A DNA stretch of 60,949 nucleotides, filler included, from Sanchytrium tribonematis (lineage: Eukaryota): assembly GCA_018985235.1 (NCBI GenBank). It is 6 parts of 6 records of this genome, joined end to end, with 100 filler letters (N's around TTAATTAATTAA, not from the genome) between each part and the next. Parts side by side here need not be neighbours in the genome. Positions count along the whole stretch, not along the records: positions 40,798 to 50,836 come from JADGIG010000309.1; positions 50,937 to 60,949 come from JADGIG010000310.1; 4 more parts are not named here. The stretch is one strand, 5' to 3'. This document shows, piece by piece, positions 44,919 through 55,206 of the stretch. The position numbers and the translations under genes are program-made. Positions within the stretch are counted from its first letter, which is position 1, and each line of letters starts with the position of its first letter. The notes under the pieces were generated by a model, which was not told the DNA's origin, did no database searches, and was given only the letters and a program-made list of their open reading frames with translations.

Positions 44919-46214
44919 ATGCTCCGATTTCCTCCAAATGCCCCAATTACATTTATTTATGGTGGCAGATTAGATGGCAATGAAGATCAGAATGAATTGG
45001 ATTTAGTGAATCAATTATATCAATTAGAATTAGAAGAATATAAAGATGAATTGAAATTATTAGAGAATGAACATGAATTGCCATTAAATGAGATACAAAC
45101 ACCCGAATTGCAAATTATTCAACCACAAAATGACATGCAGATTCATCAAAGTCAAGACAATGCAAGTGAATTGCAACAATTACAAGAATTGCAAGAAATG
45201 GAACATGTTGCTCTAAAATCAAGCAGTGATGACAGCCAATTTGATCCAGAATTGAATCCATTTACAGTATTACAAGATGATGCAAGTGATGCACCTTCAA
45301 TAAGTACCATATCTAGTGATTCTATTGAATTACAATTTACTCCAAATTATCATGAATATTTTAAATCATTATTAATTCCACCTATTTATCATCAATCGTA
45401 TTATCAATTGAATATTCCATCACATTTAATGATAAAATATCAAGTATTATTCAATGAATCACATGAATTGGCCTATAAACAGCAATTTAATGATTTATTT
45501 GATATTGATGACTATATGGCACATTATCCAGATATATTGAGTATATCATTAATGGAATTGGATTTATTAAGTGATTATATCCCCAAATCATTGATTATTG
45601 ACAAAATACGGCATGAATTTACAAATTTGAAATCTGCTAAAATTCATCATTTGCAAGATGCTATTGAATATTGTGAATTTATTTATGATATAAATCCATT
45701 ATATATTGATAAATGCATAAATTATGTGATACCCAGTGATTTCCAAATAGATTGTTGGATTTGGCTGGATGCTCAAACATTTGAAAATGAAACATCTCAA
45801 GAATTTATTGAAGAATCTGTTGATTTAAAGCCAAAGAAATCTAAAAAGACAAAGAAATTAATTAATACAGATATAGATTATTATGATCAATCTGCTATTA
45901 TTGCATTAATTGAGTCATTTATTGAATCAGATGCCATAGAAATGAATCTACCCCCTATTTCTAAACAATTGCGTGCTAATTTCCATAAAACATGTCAATC
46001 CTATCTCATTAAAACCAAATCACAAGGAAAAGGAACTAGAAGATTCTTGAGATGCTTTAAAACGAATAAAACAGTGACTGAAATCATACGGGGAATGACG
46101 ATGGAAGAGAATATCGGGCATTCATTACTTTGTAAATTGGGATGGAATCCTGATTCACATGCATTGGGAGAATCTATTGAGATTAAAAAGAGATTTAATA
46201 AACGTGGTTTGTAA
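44919..46214 (+). CDS. R3H + G-patch protein (Sqs1-like)
   Basis: LPPISKQLRANFH..KSQGKGTRRF (R3H) and ENIGHSLLCKLGW (G-patch). Confidence 0.8.
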   Translation: MLRFPPNAPITFIYGGRLDGNEDQNELDLVNQLYQLELEEYKDELKLLENEHELPLNEIQTPELQIIQPQNDMQIHQSQDNASELQQLQELQEMEHVALKSSSDDSQFDPELNPFTVLQDDASDAPSISTISSDSIELQFTPNYHEYFKSLLIPPIYHQSYYQLNIPSHLMIKYQVLFNESHELAYKQQFNDLFDIDDYMAHYPDILSISLMELDLLSDYIPKSLIIDKIRHEFTNLKSAKIHHLQDAIEYCEFIYDINPLYIDKCINYVIPSDFQIDCWIWLDAQTFENETSQEFIEESVDLKPKKSKKTKKLINTDIDYYDQSAIIALIESFIESDAIEMNLPPISKQLRANFHKTCQSYLIKTKSQGKGTRRFLRCFKTNKTVTEIIRGMTMEENIGHSLLCKLGWNPDSHALGESIEIKKRFNKRGL

Positions 46215-46441
46215 ATTGCAAAATACCAAGTGCATTTTTAACACCAAGTCAGTTGACAGTAAAACCACGTCGAATTCATTCAATTTAACTGGTCGTGACA
46301 CCATAACCATGTCTTGATTGGGAATTAATTCATTAATAAATGACTTGGGTCCTTGTTCTTAAAGATGCAATCATTTTTATGAAAGTTGATTGGTGTGAAT
46401 TCATTAATTTTATTACTTAATCTGGCTAACGAAACTACTGA

Positions 46442-47266
46442 ATGTCTACCTGTTTATGGCAAAATTGTAGTGAAATACTGACGAGTGAGAAAATGCTGTA
46501 TGAACATATGCAAAAAGAACATATTGGATATAAAAGACAGGGCACTTTGACCAATGAATGTCATTGGAAAGACTGTAATTTCAAATGCGATCGACGAGAT
46601 AGGATGAGATCACATGTATTGTGCCATATTGACTGTAAATTATTCGAATGTGATGTATGTGCAAAAAGTTATAAATGGAAACATGATTTATATGCGCATC
46701 AAAGAAAAGTGCACCAACGAGAGACATCTGGGAATAAAAGAAGAAAATCAATGGCATCTGAACCTGCATTTTACTTACCCAGCCAGGATCGACGCAATTC
46801 GATTAGTCAAATTGATTTTAATGCATTAAATTTAGCCAGAAATAATGTTGAAAATCAGTGTGATCCAAACACGTTTTGTATTAGTCCTAATGAGACCACT
46901 GATTATTTATCACCAGCACCTAGTCGTCGTCATTCTGTACATACTGTTGCATATATGCAGCAAGCCAATTCTCGCCGACCATCTATTGCTCAATCCATTT
47001 CACCCGTCAGTCCGTCTCAAATGTACCCAATGCCACCCCCTCCTATGCAATTCCCAATGCAATTACAACAAGTACCCTCTATTCCATCTGATCAAAATGA
47101 ATTATCCCCAGATTCTCCCTTGAGACGGGGATCTTTGCAACATCATCAAATGATGCCAAATATGATGAATCAAGCACCTGGTGGTCAATTGCCACCTGCA
47201 CCATATGGTATGGCATATCCAGATTATGTATTTTATCAGCAACCACCCCAAACTACATTAGTATAG
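46442..47266 (+). CDS. PacC/Rim101-like three-C2H2 zinc finger transcription factor
   Basis: CLWQNC..LYEHMQKEHIG..CHWKDC..RDRMRSH..H..CDVCAKSYKWKHDL..H with the two tWCH2 Trp residues, and a Pro/Gln-rich tail. Confidence 0.8.
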   Translation: MSTCLWQNCSEILTSEKMLYEHMQKEHIGYKRQGTLTNECHWKDCNFKCDRRDRMRSHVLCHIDCKLFECDVCAKSYKWKHDLYAHQRKVHQRETSGNKRRKSMASEPAFYLPSQDRRNSISQIDFNALNLARNNVENQCDPNTFCISPNETTDYLSPAPSRRHSVHTVAYMQQANSRRPSIAQSISPVSPSQMYPMPPPPMQFPMQLQQVPSIPSDQNELSPDSPLRRGSLQHHQMMPNMMNQAPGGQLPPAPYGMAYPDYVFYQQPPQTTLV

Positions 47267-47289
47267 TAATAAATTTATTGAAATTGCAT

Positions 47290-48252
47290 TTATTTTGTTG
47301 CGATTTTTATTCGCTTATTTGCCGGCAAGGCATGCTCTGTATCAGGTGCAACGGATGGTGGTCTCTTTTCCTGTAGAAATCGAAGACGTAGTGCGTCCTC
47401 TGCCGTGGGTCTACTATTCGGGTCTGCATCACACAGCCGTTGAACAAAGTCTAGGAAGCATTTTTCATTTTGATTTTTGGAGATACCTTTAAAATACGGA
47501 ATAGATTGCTTCTTCTGTGTAAATCTAGAAATATTGATTACTTGGTTCGTTTCAAACCATTTCTGATAGATTACAGATAAATAAACTTCACCAATTGTAG
47601 CACCAATATTAAAGACATCCACTTTATCATTAGAATATCCCTTTATCCATTGCAATTGCATTTCAGGTGCAAAATAGTACATTGTTCCTACGATGTCATT
47701 ACTAAATGTGTCACTTGTTGCAAATTCAAAATCAATTAAAATAAATTGGGGAGGATCTTCAGCATCATTTACAAGTACATTATCTGGCTTGATATCTTTG
47801 TGAAAGATTTTTATACGGTGTAAATAATTCACGGCATTCAGCAAATCTTTTGCAACATTTTTTAAAACATTAATCAGTTTCTGTTTATCAGTTATTTGCC
47901 TCGCGTACTCCCATAAATTCATTTCGTAATAGGGTAATTTGAATTTGTAGCATTTGTACGTTTCCTGCTTATTCGAATTCACCAAATAATTGTGACGGGT
48001 TTCTATCTCAAGTGCTACTGGCTTAATTATATTAGGATGATATAAGGATTCGATAATCTTAAACTCATTAATGATCTCTTCAGAGTGAGGATAATTTAAA
48101 GGAACGCAAACTTGCTTGATAAATTGCTTTTGGCTATTCAGCTCTTGAGTGGAGAAGAATGTGGTCTCTTTTAAGTACTTGACATTGTCTATGTCTATTA
48201 CAGTGACTTTGCGATCTGGTACTTTTGCAAAAACAAACAAAAAGAAAATCAT
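47290..48252 (-). CDS. Ser/Thr kinase with a short hydrophobic N-terminus (candidate secreted kinase)
   Basis: MIFFLFVFA; HKDIKPDN, DFE, GTMYYFAPE, DVF, RPTA. No GxGxxG loop. Confidence 0.85.
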   Translation of the reverse strand: MIFFLFVFAKVPDRKVTVIDIDNVKYLKETTFFSTQELNSQKQFIKQVCVPLNYPHSEEIINEFKIIESLYHPNIIKPVALEIETRHNYLVNSNKQETYKCYKFKLPYYEMNLWEYARQITDKQKLINVLKNVAKDLLNAVNYLHRIKIFHKDIKPDNVLVNDAEDPPQFILIDFEFATSDTFSNDIVGTMYYFAPEMQLQWIKGYSNDKVDVFNIGATIGEVYLSVIYQKWFETNQVINISRFTQKKQSIPYFKGISKNQNEKCFLDFVQRLCDADPNSRPTAEDALRLRFLQEKRPPSVAPDTEHALPANKRIKIATK

Positions 48253-48310
48253 TTCACCCTTGATCCCCTTTCCGATATTTGTCTAGCAAATAGTTGAAAT
48301 CTGTAAGAAT

Positions 48311-48826
48311 TTATTGAATCGTAGCTGCCACTTGAATAGTAATTAATTTCTGCACATACATTGTCAATGAAATAATAAATGCCACATCCAAATTCTGTCT
48401 CAACTTCAATAGACGCACAACTCCAAATAAATTTGGTTTTAATTCAGCCACTTTAATGTCATCTTTAGTATCACCCAAATACACTTTTATACGCCGTGAT
48501 TTAAATACCAATGAATAGCATTGATCTTTGAATTGAGCAACAAATATTCTTTTGAAAATTGAATTATTAGGGACAATTTCGCATATCTTTTCATCTGATG
48601 CATTTTTAACAATACCTATACGTTTATGAAAAGTTAGATTAGAGCTACTTGTACTTATCAATACTCTGCCATCCTGTGATATTGTGTGTTTTTTAATATT
48701 GTAAATGAATGAATTTGAAACTTCATTGCTAGCAAATGTGAGTTCGGGTGAACAAAATGTATGGCGAATTGTAAATGTGATGTATTCAGATGGATTGGAT
48801 TCGGAATTGGGATTCATCATTGACAA
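48311..48826 (-). CDS. LURP-one/Tubby C-terminal-like protein
   Basis: Beta-rich protein, KVAEL..LDVAFIISL terminal helix. Confidence 0.5.
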   Translation of the reverse strand: MSMMNPNSESNPSEYITFTIRHTFCSPELTFASNEVSNSFIYNIKKHTISQDGRVLISTSSSNLTFHKRIGIVKNASDEKICEIVPNNSIFKRIFVAQFKDQCYSLVFKSRRIKVYLGDTKDDIKVAELKPNLFGVVRLLKLRQNLDVAFIISLTMYVQKLITIQVAATIQ

Positions 48827-48858
48827 ATGAATTGGACATTTTGAATGTTTCTGACCAA

Positions 48859-49808
48859 TTAATTCGTCTGAGAATATATTAAATCGTAAATGAAGAGCAA
48901 GCTTATTTTACATTTACTTTTTAAAAAGTCATGATTATGTGCTATCTTAAGATCTCTATTATTCGCTCTATCACACAAATATGTCACAAATTGAAAAAAA
49001 AGACCTTTTCTCCAAGCTGCAAACCAATTCCAATCTGATTTGAATGTGAAATGGAAATATTCTATGACTTCATGACTCTCAATATCATCTGCTGGATTCA
49101 AATCTATATTTTGTGAACTTTGTATTCTTTCTACTTCTTCTGCCTCTTCCTTGATAATATAAAACTCCAAATAAAGTGAGCCAATTGTAAATCCAATATG
49201 ATATATATCCAATTTATGATTCACATATTCCTTCATTGGATAAATCAGCATTTCTGGTGGCAAATAATATAATGTACCCTGAATTGTTTTACTTTTTTCT
49301 TCCCTTGTTGCCAAATGAAAATCATGACATTCTCTGGTTTAATATCACGATGGGCTATTCCTTGTTTATTTAGATACCGCACCGCTTTTAGTAATTGTTT
49401 TGCCGCATTTCTTATCAATTTTCTAAATTTGGACTGATTCTCTTTTATTTCTAATGCATATTCACGTAAATTCATTGGGTAATATGGCAATATGATGTTT
49501 ACACAGCTATATGTCACTTTTCTATTTGCAATTGTAAATTTTGTAAATATGGGAAATTCCAAGTAATTATCACGTTCTATTATATTGTATGATATTAGAT
49601 TGATAATATTAGAATGGTCAAGTGATTGTAACATTTCAAATTCCATTTTAATGTCATTTATCATTTCTGATGGGATGCAAGTTTCTTTAATGACTTGATT
49701 TTCATTTAATTGATTTTTAGTGATATTTGTGACTTTGAATTCCCTTTCATTCAATTTCTGAATATTCAAATATGGCAATTTAGCAAGTACTATGAAAATC
49801 ACAATCAT
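48859..49808 (-). pseudogene. Frameshifted paralog of the 47290-48252 kinase
   Basis: MIVIFIVLA..HRDIKPENVM is followed in another frame by DFHLAT..GTLYYLPPEM. The roughly 12 codons between these motifs in the paralog are missing. Confidence 0.8.
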
Positions 49809-49886
49809 TTCACCCTGTTTCTCCTTTTGAAAAATTAGTGATTTCAAAACTTCACACGTGATCTCATGACAAATGATTTATATCAT

Positions 49887-50660
49887 TTATTGACGATGTA
49901 GAAAAGGATGTAATAATGCCATCGTTGCTGTTGGTCGATTTTCTGCACTTTTTTCCAAATAATCTAAAAAATTAAAAAATTGCAACAATTCTTTTCTTGA
50001 TTGTGTTGTCAAATGTCTCAAATCTAGATTTCCAAACTTTTTAATATACAATGTACTCAAAGTTGCACCAATATTGTAAATATCCACTAGACTATTTTCA
50101 AAAGATGGACAATGACTATAATAGATATAGCAATCAATTTCGGGTGGATAATAATATTCTTCAGATTGAATTTCGTGGCTCTCTGGTACTCTAGTAGCGC
50201 CTCCAAGTCCAACTAATCTAAATTTTGGAGCACTCTCTTGAATGTCCACAATTATGTAATTTGGATTGATATTTCGATGATAAAGGCCTTTTCCATGCAA
50301 ATATTCTACGGCATTTAATAAATCAAGTGCAACTTGCTTTAATATAGACAAAAAATACTTTATATCTGTAATTCCACTTAAATACTTCGCAATAAGCAAA
50401 GGGCTTACCGCCATAACTTCCATATTCAAATAGTAGCATCTATAGGCTTTATGGTATTCGCGAGAAATAAATTCGGCTGCTTTTACAATGTTACGATGTT
50501 CAATCGCAAATGTAATTTCATGTTCATTACGCATATTATCAATTTCAGGGTCTTCTTTTTCTCCATTTGGTACACAATGCTCTCTTTGTAAACGGAATCC
50601 ATTATTTGTCATATCCACATTGTACAAATTAATTGCAAATAATGGCAAATACCAAAACAT
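49887..50660 (-). CDS. Pseudokinase paralog with a short hydrophobic N-terminus
   Basis: MFWYLPLFA; HRNINPNY (catalytic D replaced by N), GLG in place of DFG, YYYPPE, RPTA..LLHPFL. Confidence 0.8.
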   Translation of the reverse strand: MFWYLPLFAINLYNVDMTNNGFRLQREHCVPNGEKEDPEIDNMRNEHEITFAIEHRNIVKAAEFISREYHKAYRCYYLNMEVMAVSPLLIAKYLSGITDIKYFLSILKQVALDLLNAVEYLHGKGLYHRNINPNYIIVDIQESAPKFRLVGLGGATRVPESHEIQSEEYYYPPEIDCYIYYSHCPSFENSLVDIYNIGATLSTLYIKKFGNLDLRHLTTQSRKELLQFFNFLDYLEKSAENRPTATMALLHPFLHRQ

Positions 50661-50836
50661 AGTTGTGTTTCCTCCTTTTTTAATTCACACAAATCATGGC
50701 ATGTCACATGAAGTTTCATGGTGCACATTGTCATCAGCAAATTAATATTTATTTTGATTGTAAAAATGAATGCTTTAATGCTTTTGATGCACTAGGTCGT
50801 TTATCTGGAATTGGATGACACAATAATCTCACAAAA

Positions 50837-50936
50837 NNNNNNNNNNNNNNNNNNNNNNNNNNNNNNNNNNNNNNNNNNNNTTAATTAATTAANNNNNNNN
50901 NNNNNNNNNNNNNNNNNNNNNNNNNNNNNNNNNNNN
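50837..50936. other. Artificial contig spacer
   Basis: N44-TTAATTAATTAA-N44. Confidence 0.99.
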
Positions 50937-51404
50937 GATAAATTGACCATCTTGTTTGTAAATGGATCCAATAACTGTAATTTGATCATGAGGGGTTAAA
51001 ATCAACTCATTTTTGATTTTAATGAGATCCAAATCACATTTAGTCAAATCTAATAGTACTTGCAGTCCATTACTCGTGTGAAGAGTCAATTCTGTAGACA
51101 GAGTGATGATAAATGGCGTATAAAATGAGAAAATGGATGGTTTTTGATAAAATAAACATTTGATGCCATTTGGAGATGATAAATAAGTATTGGATTGTAA
51201 TTTACCTGTTAGTTTGTAATATCCAATAGGTTGATACGATTGGATGACTTGATAATCATCTGCATCAGATGGTTTAAATTCGGGTGTTTTCTTTAATTTG
51301 GATTGCTTGTTGTAGTATTTCATAGACTTATAGAGTGAATGAATGGATAACAAGGCACATGTCGTACCGCCAATTGAGTAAGCATTGAGTTGTAAAAAAT
51401 GCAT
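50937..51404 (-). CDS. GIDE-domain (MUL1/MAPL-like) membrane protein, 3'-partial
   Basis: N-terminal TM, YYKLTGKL..LSSP..C..ELILTPHDQITVIG. Confidence 0.5.
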
Positions 51405-51588
51405 TTTAACAAAGTGATCTCCGTGTTTGTGACTTAGAGACGAAAAAGGACTTTAATATTTAGATTAATTTAGAGATAAACTTGTTTTTTAATTTAAGTG
51501 CAAGTATTTCGTAGATTCATAGACATGATTCTCATTCGAAGAATAAAATCTCTTGATTTACATTTTTGGTTCGCCAGTTTCACTTCAA

Positions 51589-51683
51589 GATTGGCTCAGA
51601 AAAGCCATTTTTGGAATATTCTAATTTCTAACCATTCAATGTGCTGTATTTCATAGTAAATAGCAGCAACGCCCCCCTCGACA
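51589..51683 (+). promoter_or_regulatory. Upstream region duplicated with LRR gene 1 (CCAAT box, CCC tract)
   Basis: Aligns closely with 53371-53465 (GATTGGCT..GCCATTTTT.GAATATTCTAATTTCT.ACCATTCAATG..GTAAATAGCAGCAACGCCCC). Confidence 0.6.
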
Positions 51684-53348
51684 ATGTTGCTACTTTCTTT
51701 CGCTACTGCTCTCACAGACTGCCAAAACTTGAAGCAATTTGCACTCGGTTTAAACATGCATTTGACAAATCCAACTATCATGAATGAAATCAATACAAAC
51801 TGCTGTACGGGATATGTCACCGGTGTCTCTTGCACAGGAGGTGTGATTACAGAAATCTTTTGGATCTATCTGGGATTAAATGGAACAATTACAGCAAATT
51901 TGCCATCTCAACTGAAAATTATCAATTTGGAAGGGAATGGCATTAACGAAAATCTACCCATGACTGGATACCCACCCACATTGACTCAATTTTATGCCAT
52001 GTACAACAATTTAAATGGCACCATTCCGAATTTCCCTGATTCTGTGGATTCCATCCATTTAGGATTCAACAAATTATCAGGATTTGATCATCTTCCCACA
52101 AATATCACGGAAATCGATTTCAATACAAATCAAATTTCAATGCCCTTTCCTTCCAATTTGCCAAATAGTTTGCAATTCATGTCACTATCACAAAACCAAA
52201 TTTATGGAAATGTCACGAATTTGCCTGATAATTTACAAAACCTCGGTATAAATCAGAATTTACTATCTGGAACTATTCCAAAATTGCCATCTGGTCTCAA
52301 AACTATAAATGCCTATTTGAATTCATTCACAAATGTGACGCTGCCATTTCCGGATACCCTCACATCTGCTAACTTTTACCACAATCAAATCAATTCTATA
52401 TTGCAATTTCCACCCAAAATTGAAATATTTATTGCCAATTTCAATTTATGGCACGGTAATTTACCTCAATTGCCTCCTTCTCTCACAACTTTAAATGTGA
52501 GATTTTCACAATTATCTGGTGATATCTCAAATGTGACTTATTTCCATGTGCAACCCAATTCGAATTCACAGTTGACGGAAATGAATTTAGAATACAATCA
52601 ATTTACTGGAAATATGCCTATGTTACCCAAGAATTTGCAATCATTGCGATTAAATAACAATCCAATGAATGGCTCAATTCCCAGTCTTCCAACGTCACTC
52701 GTAGATTTTCAATTAAATGGTCTCAAAGTCACTGGATCTGTGTTTCTAAATCGCCCCTCGACTTTATATTTAGATTCCACATTGATTTACAATTTGACCA
52801 TTCAGGACACATCCTTATTGACAGATTGTACTTTTTCAAATACACCAATGTTAAATAATACCAATGTGGTCAAATTATTTCCATTTTGCTCGCACTCTGA
52901 TTTATTTGCATATATTCCACCAGTGATAACTGGTTCCACAGAAATGACAGCTGGTGACAATATCAGTACTCTTATTTCCACGAATAGTTCAAAATCAAAT
53001 TCTGAAAGTACCACTTTAGTAGATGTAGAAATTGTAACCTCTGAAAGCGAAAATGTTGTTTCAAAATCAGCTCAAATCATAAATACTAGAAATATTGTGC
53101 ACTTGACAACCTTATCTATGACTTCCCAAACAACATTGTCCACTTTTAAATACTATTCAAATACCACAGCAGTATTTGAAACCACAAAATTGCCAATTAT
53201 CAAATTCCAAACAAAATCATTTCAGGTTTCATTTAATGTTCCCATTGTTATAAGATTACTCATAACCATGTTTGTCTTGGCATTTACAATGGCAAAATCA
53301 CCATTAAGGAGATCAACTCGAAAAGCAGCGACTTCATTTACAGTTTAA
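51684..53348 (+). CDS. LRR receptor-like membrane protein 1
   Basis: Short signal, Cys cap NCCTGYVTGVSC, LPxxLxxLxLxxNxxxG repeats, Ser/Thr stalk, C-terminal TM and basic tail. Confidence 0.9.
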   Translation: MLLLSFATALTDCQNLKQFALGLNMHLTNPTIMNEINTNCCTGYVTGVSCTGGVITEIFWIYLGLNGTITANLPSQLKIINLEGNGINENLPMTGYPPTLTQFYAMYNNLNGTIPNFPDSVDSIHLGFNKLSGFDHLPTNITEIDFNTNQISMPFPSNLPNSLQFMSLSQNQIYGNVTNLPDNLQNLGINQNLLSGTIPKLPSGLKTINAYLNSFTNVTLPFPDTLTSANFYHNQINSILQFPPKIEIFIANFNLWHGNLPQLPPSLTTLNVRFSQLSGDISNVTYFHVQPNSNSQLTEMNLEYNQFTGNMPMLPKNLQSLRLNNNPMNGSIPSLPTSLVDFQLNGLKVTGSVFLNRPSTLYLDSTLIYNLTIQDTSLLTDCTFSNTPMLNNTNVVKLFPFCSHSDLFAYIPPVITGSTEMTAGDNISTLISTNSSKSNSESTTLVDVEIVTSESENVVSKSAQIINTRNIVHLTTLSMTSQTTLSTFKYYSNTTAVFETTKLPIIKFQTKSFQVSFNVPIVIRLLITMFVLAFTMAKSPLRRSTRKAATSFTV

Positions 53349-53370
53349 CCAATAAATTGAATTGAAACAT

Positions 53371-53465
53371 GATTGGCTTATAAATGCCATTTTTAGAATA
53401 TTCTAATTTCTCACCATTCAATGGGTTATATTTCAATGTAAATAGCAGCAACGCCCCTCTCCAAG
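53371..53465 (+). promoter_or_regulatory. Upstream region duplicated with LRR gene 2
   Basis: Copy of 51589-51683, with ATTGG 94 nt before the ATG in both copies. Confidence 0.6.
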
Positions 53466-55079
53466 ATGCTTCTTGTTACTTTCACTGCTGCACTTACTGA
53501 TTGCCAAAACTTGAATCAATTTGCACTCGGTTTAAACATGCATTTGACAAATCCAATTATAATGAATGAAATCAATACCAATTGCTGTACTGGTGTTGTG
53601 ACTGGTGTCACTTGCACAGGAGGTGTGATTACAAGGATATCTTGGCGTTTTTTGGGATTAAATGGAATCTTTACAGCAAATTTACCATCTCAATTACAAT
53701 ATATTGACTTGGAGGGTAATTCTATCATTGGCAATTTACCCACTACAGGATATCCGCCCACTTTAAATCAATTTAAAGTCCCGTACAACAAATTCAATGG
53801 CACTATTCCCAGTTTCCCTGATTCTGTAGATTCTTTATACTTGGGAAACAATCAGTTTACTGGATTCAATGCACTACCATCCAATTTGACATATTTGAGT
53901 GTCATTTCAAATCAAATTTCAGGTTCATTTCCCCTCAATTTGCCAAATAGCTTGCAATATTTAGAATTAGATAGCAACAAGTATGATGGAAATATTACCA
54001 ATCTACCAAATTCACTTAAATATTTGGGAATATGTGGTGATAAATTCAGTGGTATTCTTCCTAAATTACCCCCTAGTCTGACGGGTTTAAATGCGTGTTA
54101 CAACAATTTAAATGGAGTAACATATCCATTTCCAGTCAATTTAACAGATATCAACTTATATTACAACAAAATCAATGCCACACTCGAATTTCCTCCAAAT
54201 ATCCATTTTTTCGTGGCAGATAACAATTTGTTTCATGGCATTTTACCCCAATTGCCACCCTCATTCATCCAATTGACATTAAATTATAATCGATTAATTG
54301 GAGATATCTCCAATATCACTTATTACCATGTACAACCCAATTCTAAATCCAATTTAGGTATTTTAGATTTAAGTGATAATCAATTCACTGGAAATGTGCC
54401 TTTTTTACCCATTAAATTGAGTCAATTGACAATTTATCATCTCAAATTAACTGGTATAATGCCATCTATTCCCAAATCATTGTCTGTATTAAATATGAAT
54501 GGCGTCAAAGTCACTGGTTCCATTTCATTAAATTGGCCAACTCTCCTTTATTTAGATTCTACATTGATTTATAATGTGACAATTCAAGATACTTCTCGGT
54601 TATCCAGTTGTATGATTTCAAATACACCAATGTTGAATAATACGAATGTAATCAAATTATTTCCATTTTGTTTGCACTCTGATTTATATGCATTTATTCC
54701 ACCCATGTCAAATACAAGCACAGACACTAGAAATCAATCGAGTACCACTTCAACAATATATACCACAAATTTCATTGAAATGACATCAGAATCACCCATC
54801 ACATCCCAAATCATCCCAATTATCACCAGAAACATTGTAAAACCCACCACATTCTCAATCTCATCAGAATCCACTTTAAATTCAGAAATATCCACATTCA
54901 TGGAAATCACATCCACTGAAATCCCATTATATCAAAACAAATTCACCCCATTCCAAATCACATTCAATTTATCTATTGTACTTCGATTACTCATTTCCAT
55001 GTTTTTATTGGCATCTGTGATTGTGAAAACACCATGGGGAAGAAAAAAGAAACAGACATTTGCATCTTCAACCATTTAA
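53466..55079 (+). CDS. LRR receptor-like membrane protein 2 (tandem paralog)
   Basis: Collinear with 51684-53348 across its whole length. Confidence 0.9.
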   Translation: MLLVTFTAALTDCQNLNQFALGLNMHLTNPIIMNEINTNCCTGVVTGVTCTGGVITRISWRFLGLNGIFTANLPSQLQYIDLEGNSIIGNLPTTGYPPTLNQFKVPYNKFNGTIPSFPDSVDSLYLGNNQFTGFNALPSNLTYLSVISNQISGSFPLNLPNSLQYLELDSNKYDGNITNLPNSLKYLGICGDKFSGILPKLPPSLTGLNACYNNLNGVTYPFPVNLTDINLYYNKINATLEFPPNIHFFVADNNLFHGILPQLPPSFIQLTLNYNRLIGDISNITYYHVQPNSKSNLGILDLSDNQFTGNVPFLPIKLSQLTIYHLKLTGIMPSIPKSLSVLNMNGVKVTGSISLNWPTLLYLDSTLIYNVTIQDTSRLSSCMISNTPMLNNTNVIKLFPFCLHSDLYAFIPPMSNTSTDTRNQSSTTSTIYTTNFIEMTSESPITSQIIPIITRNIVKPTTFSISSESTLNSEISTFMEITSTEIPLYQNKFTPFQITFNLSIVLRLLISMFLLASVIVKTPWGRKKKQTFASSTI

Positions 55080-55206
55080 TAAATGAAATTGATTTGAATT
55101 CAATGGCACACAAAGTTGTACGATGTAACTATTTAGCAGCGGGGTATATTTGTACAACCACGTGCTACCCCTATTTGTATTAAAAAGAGATCGACGTCCA
55201 TCCCCC

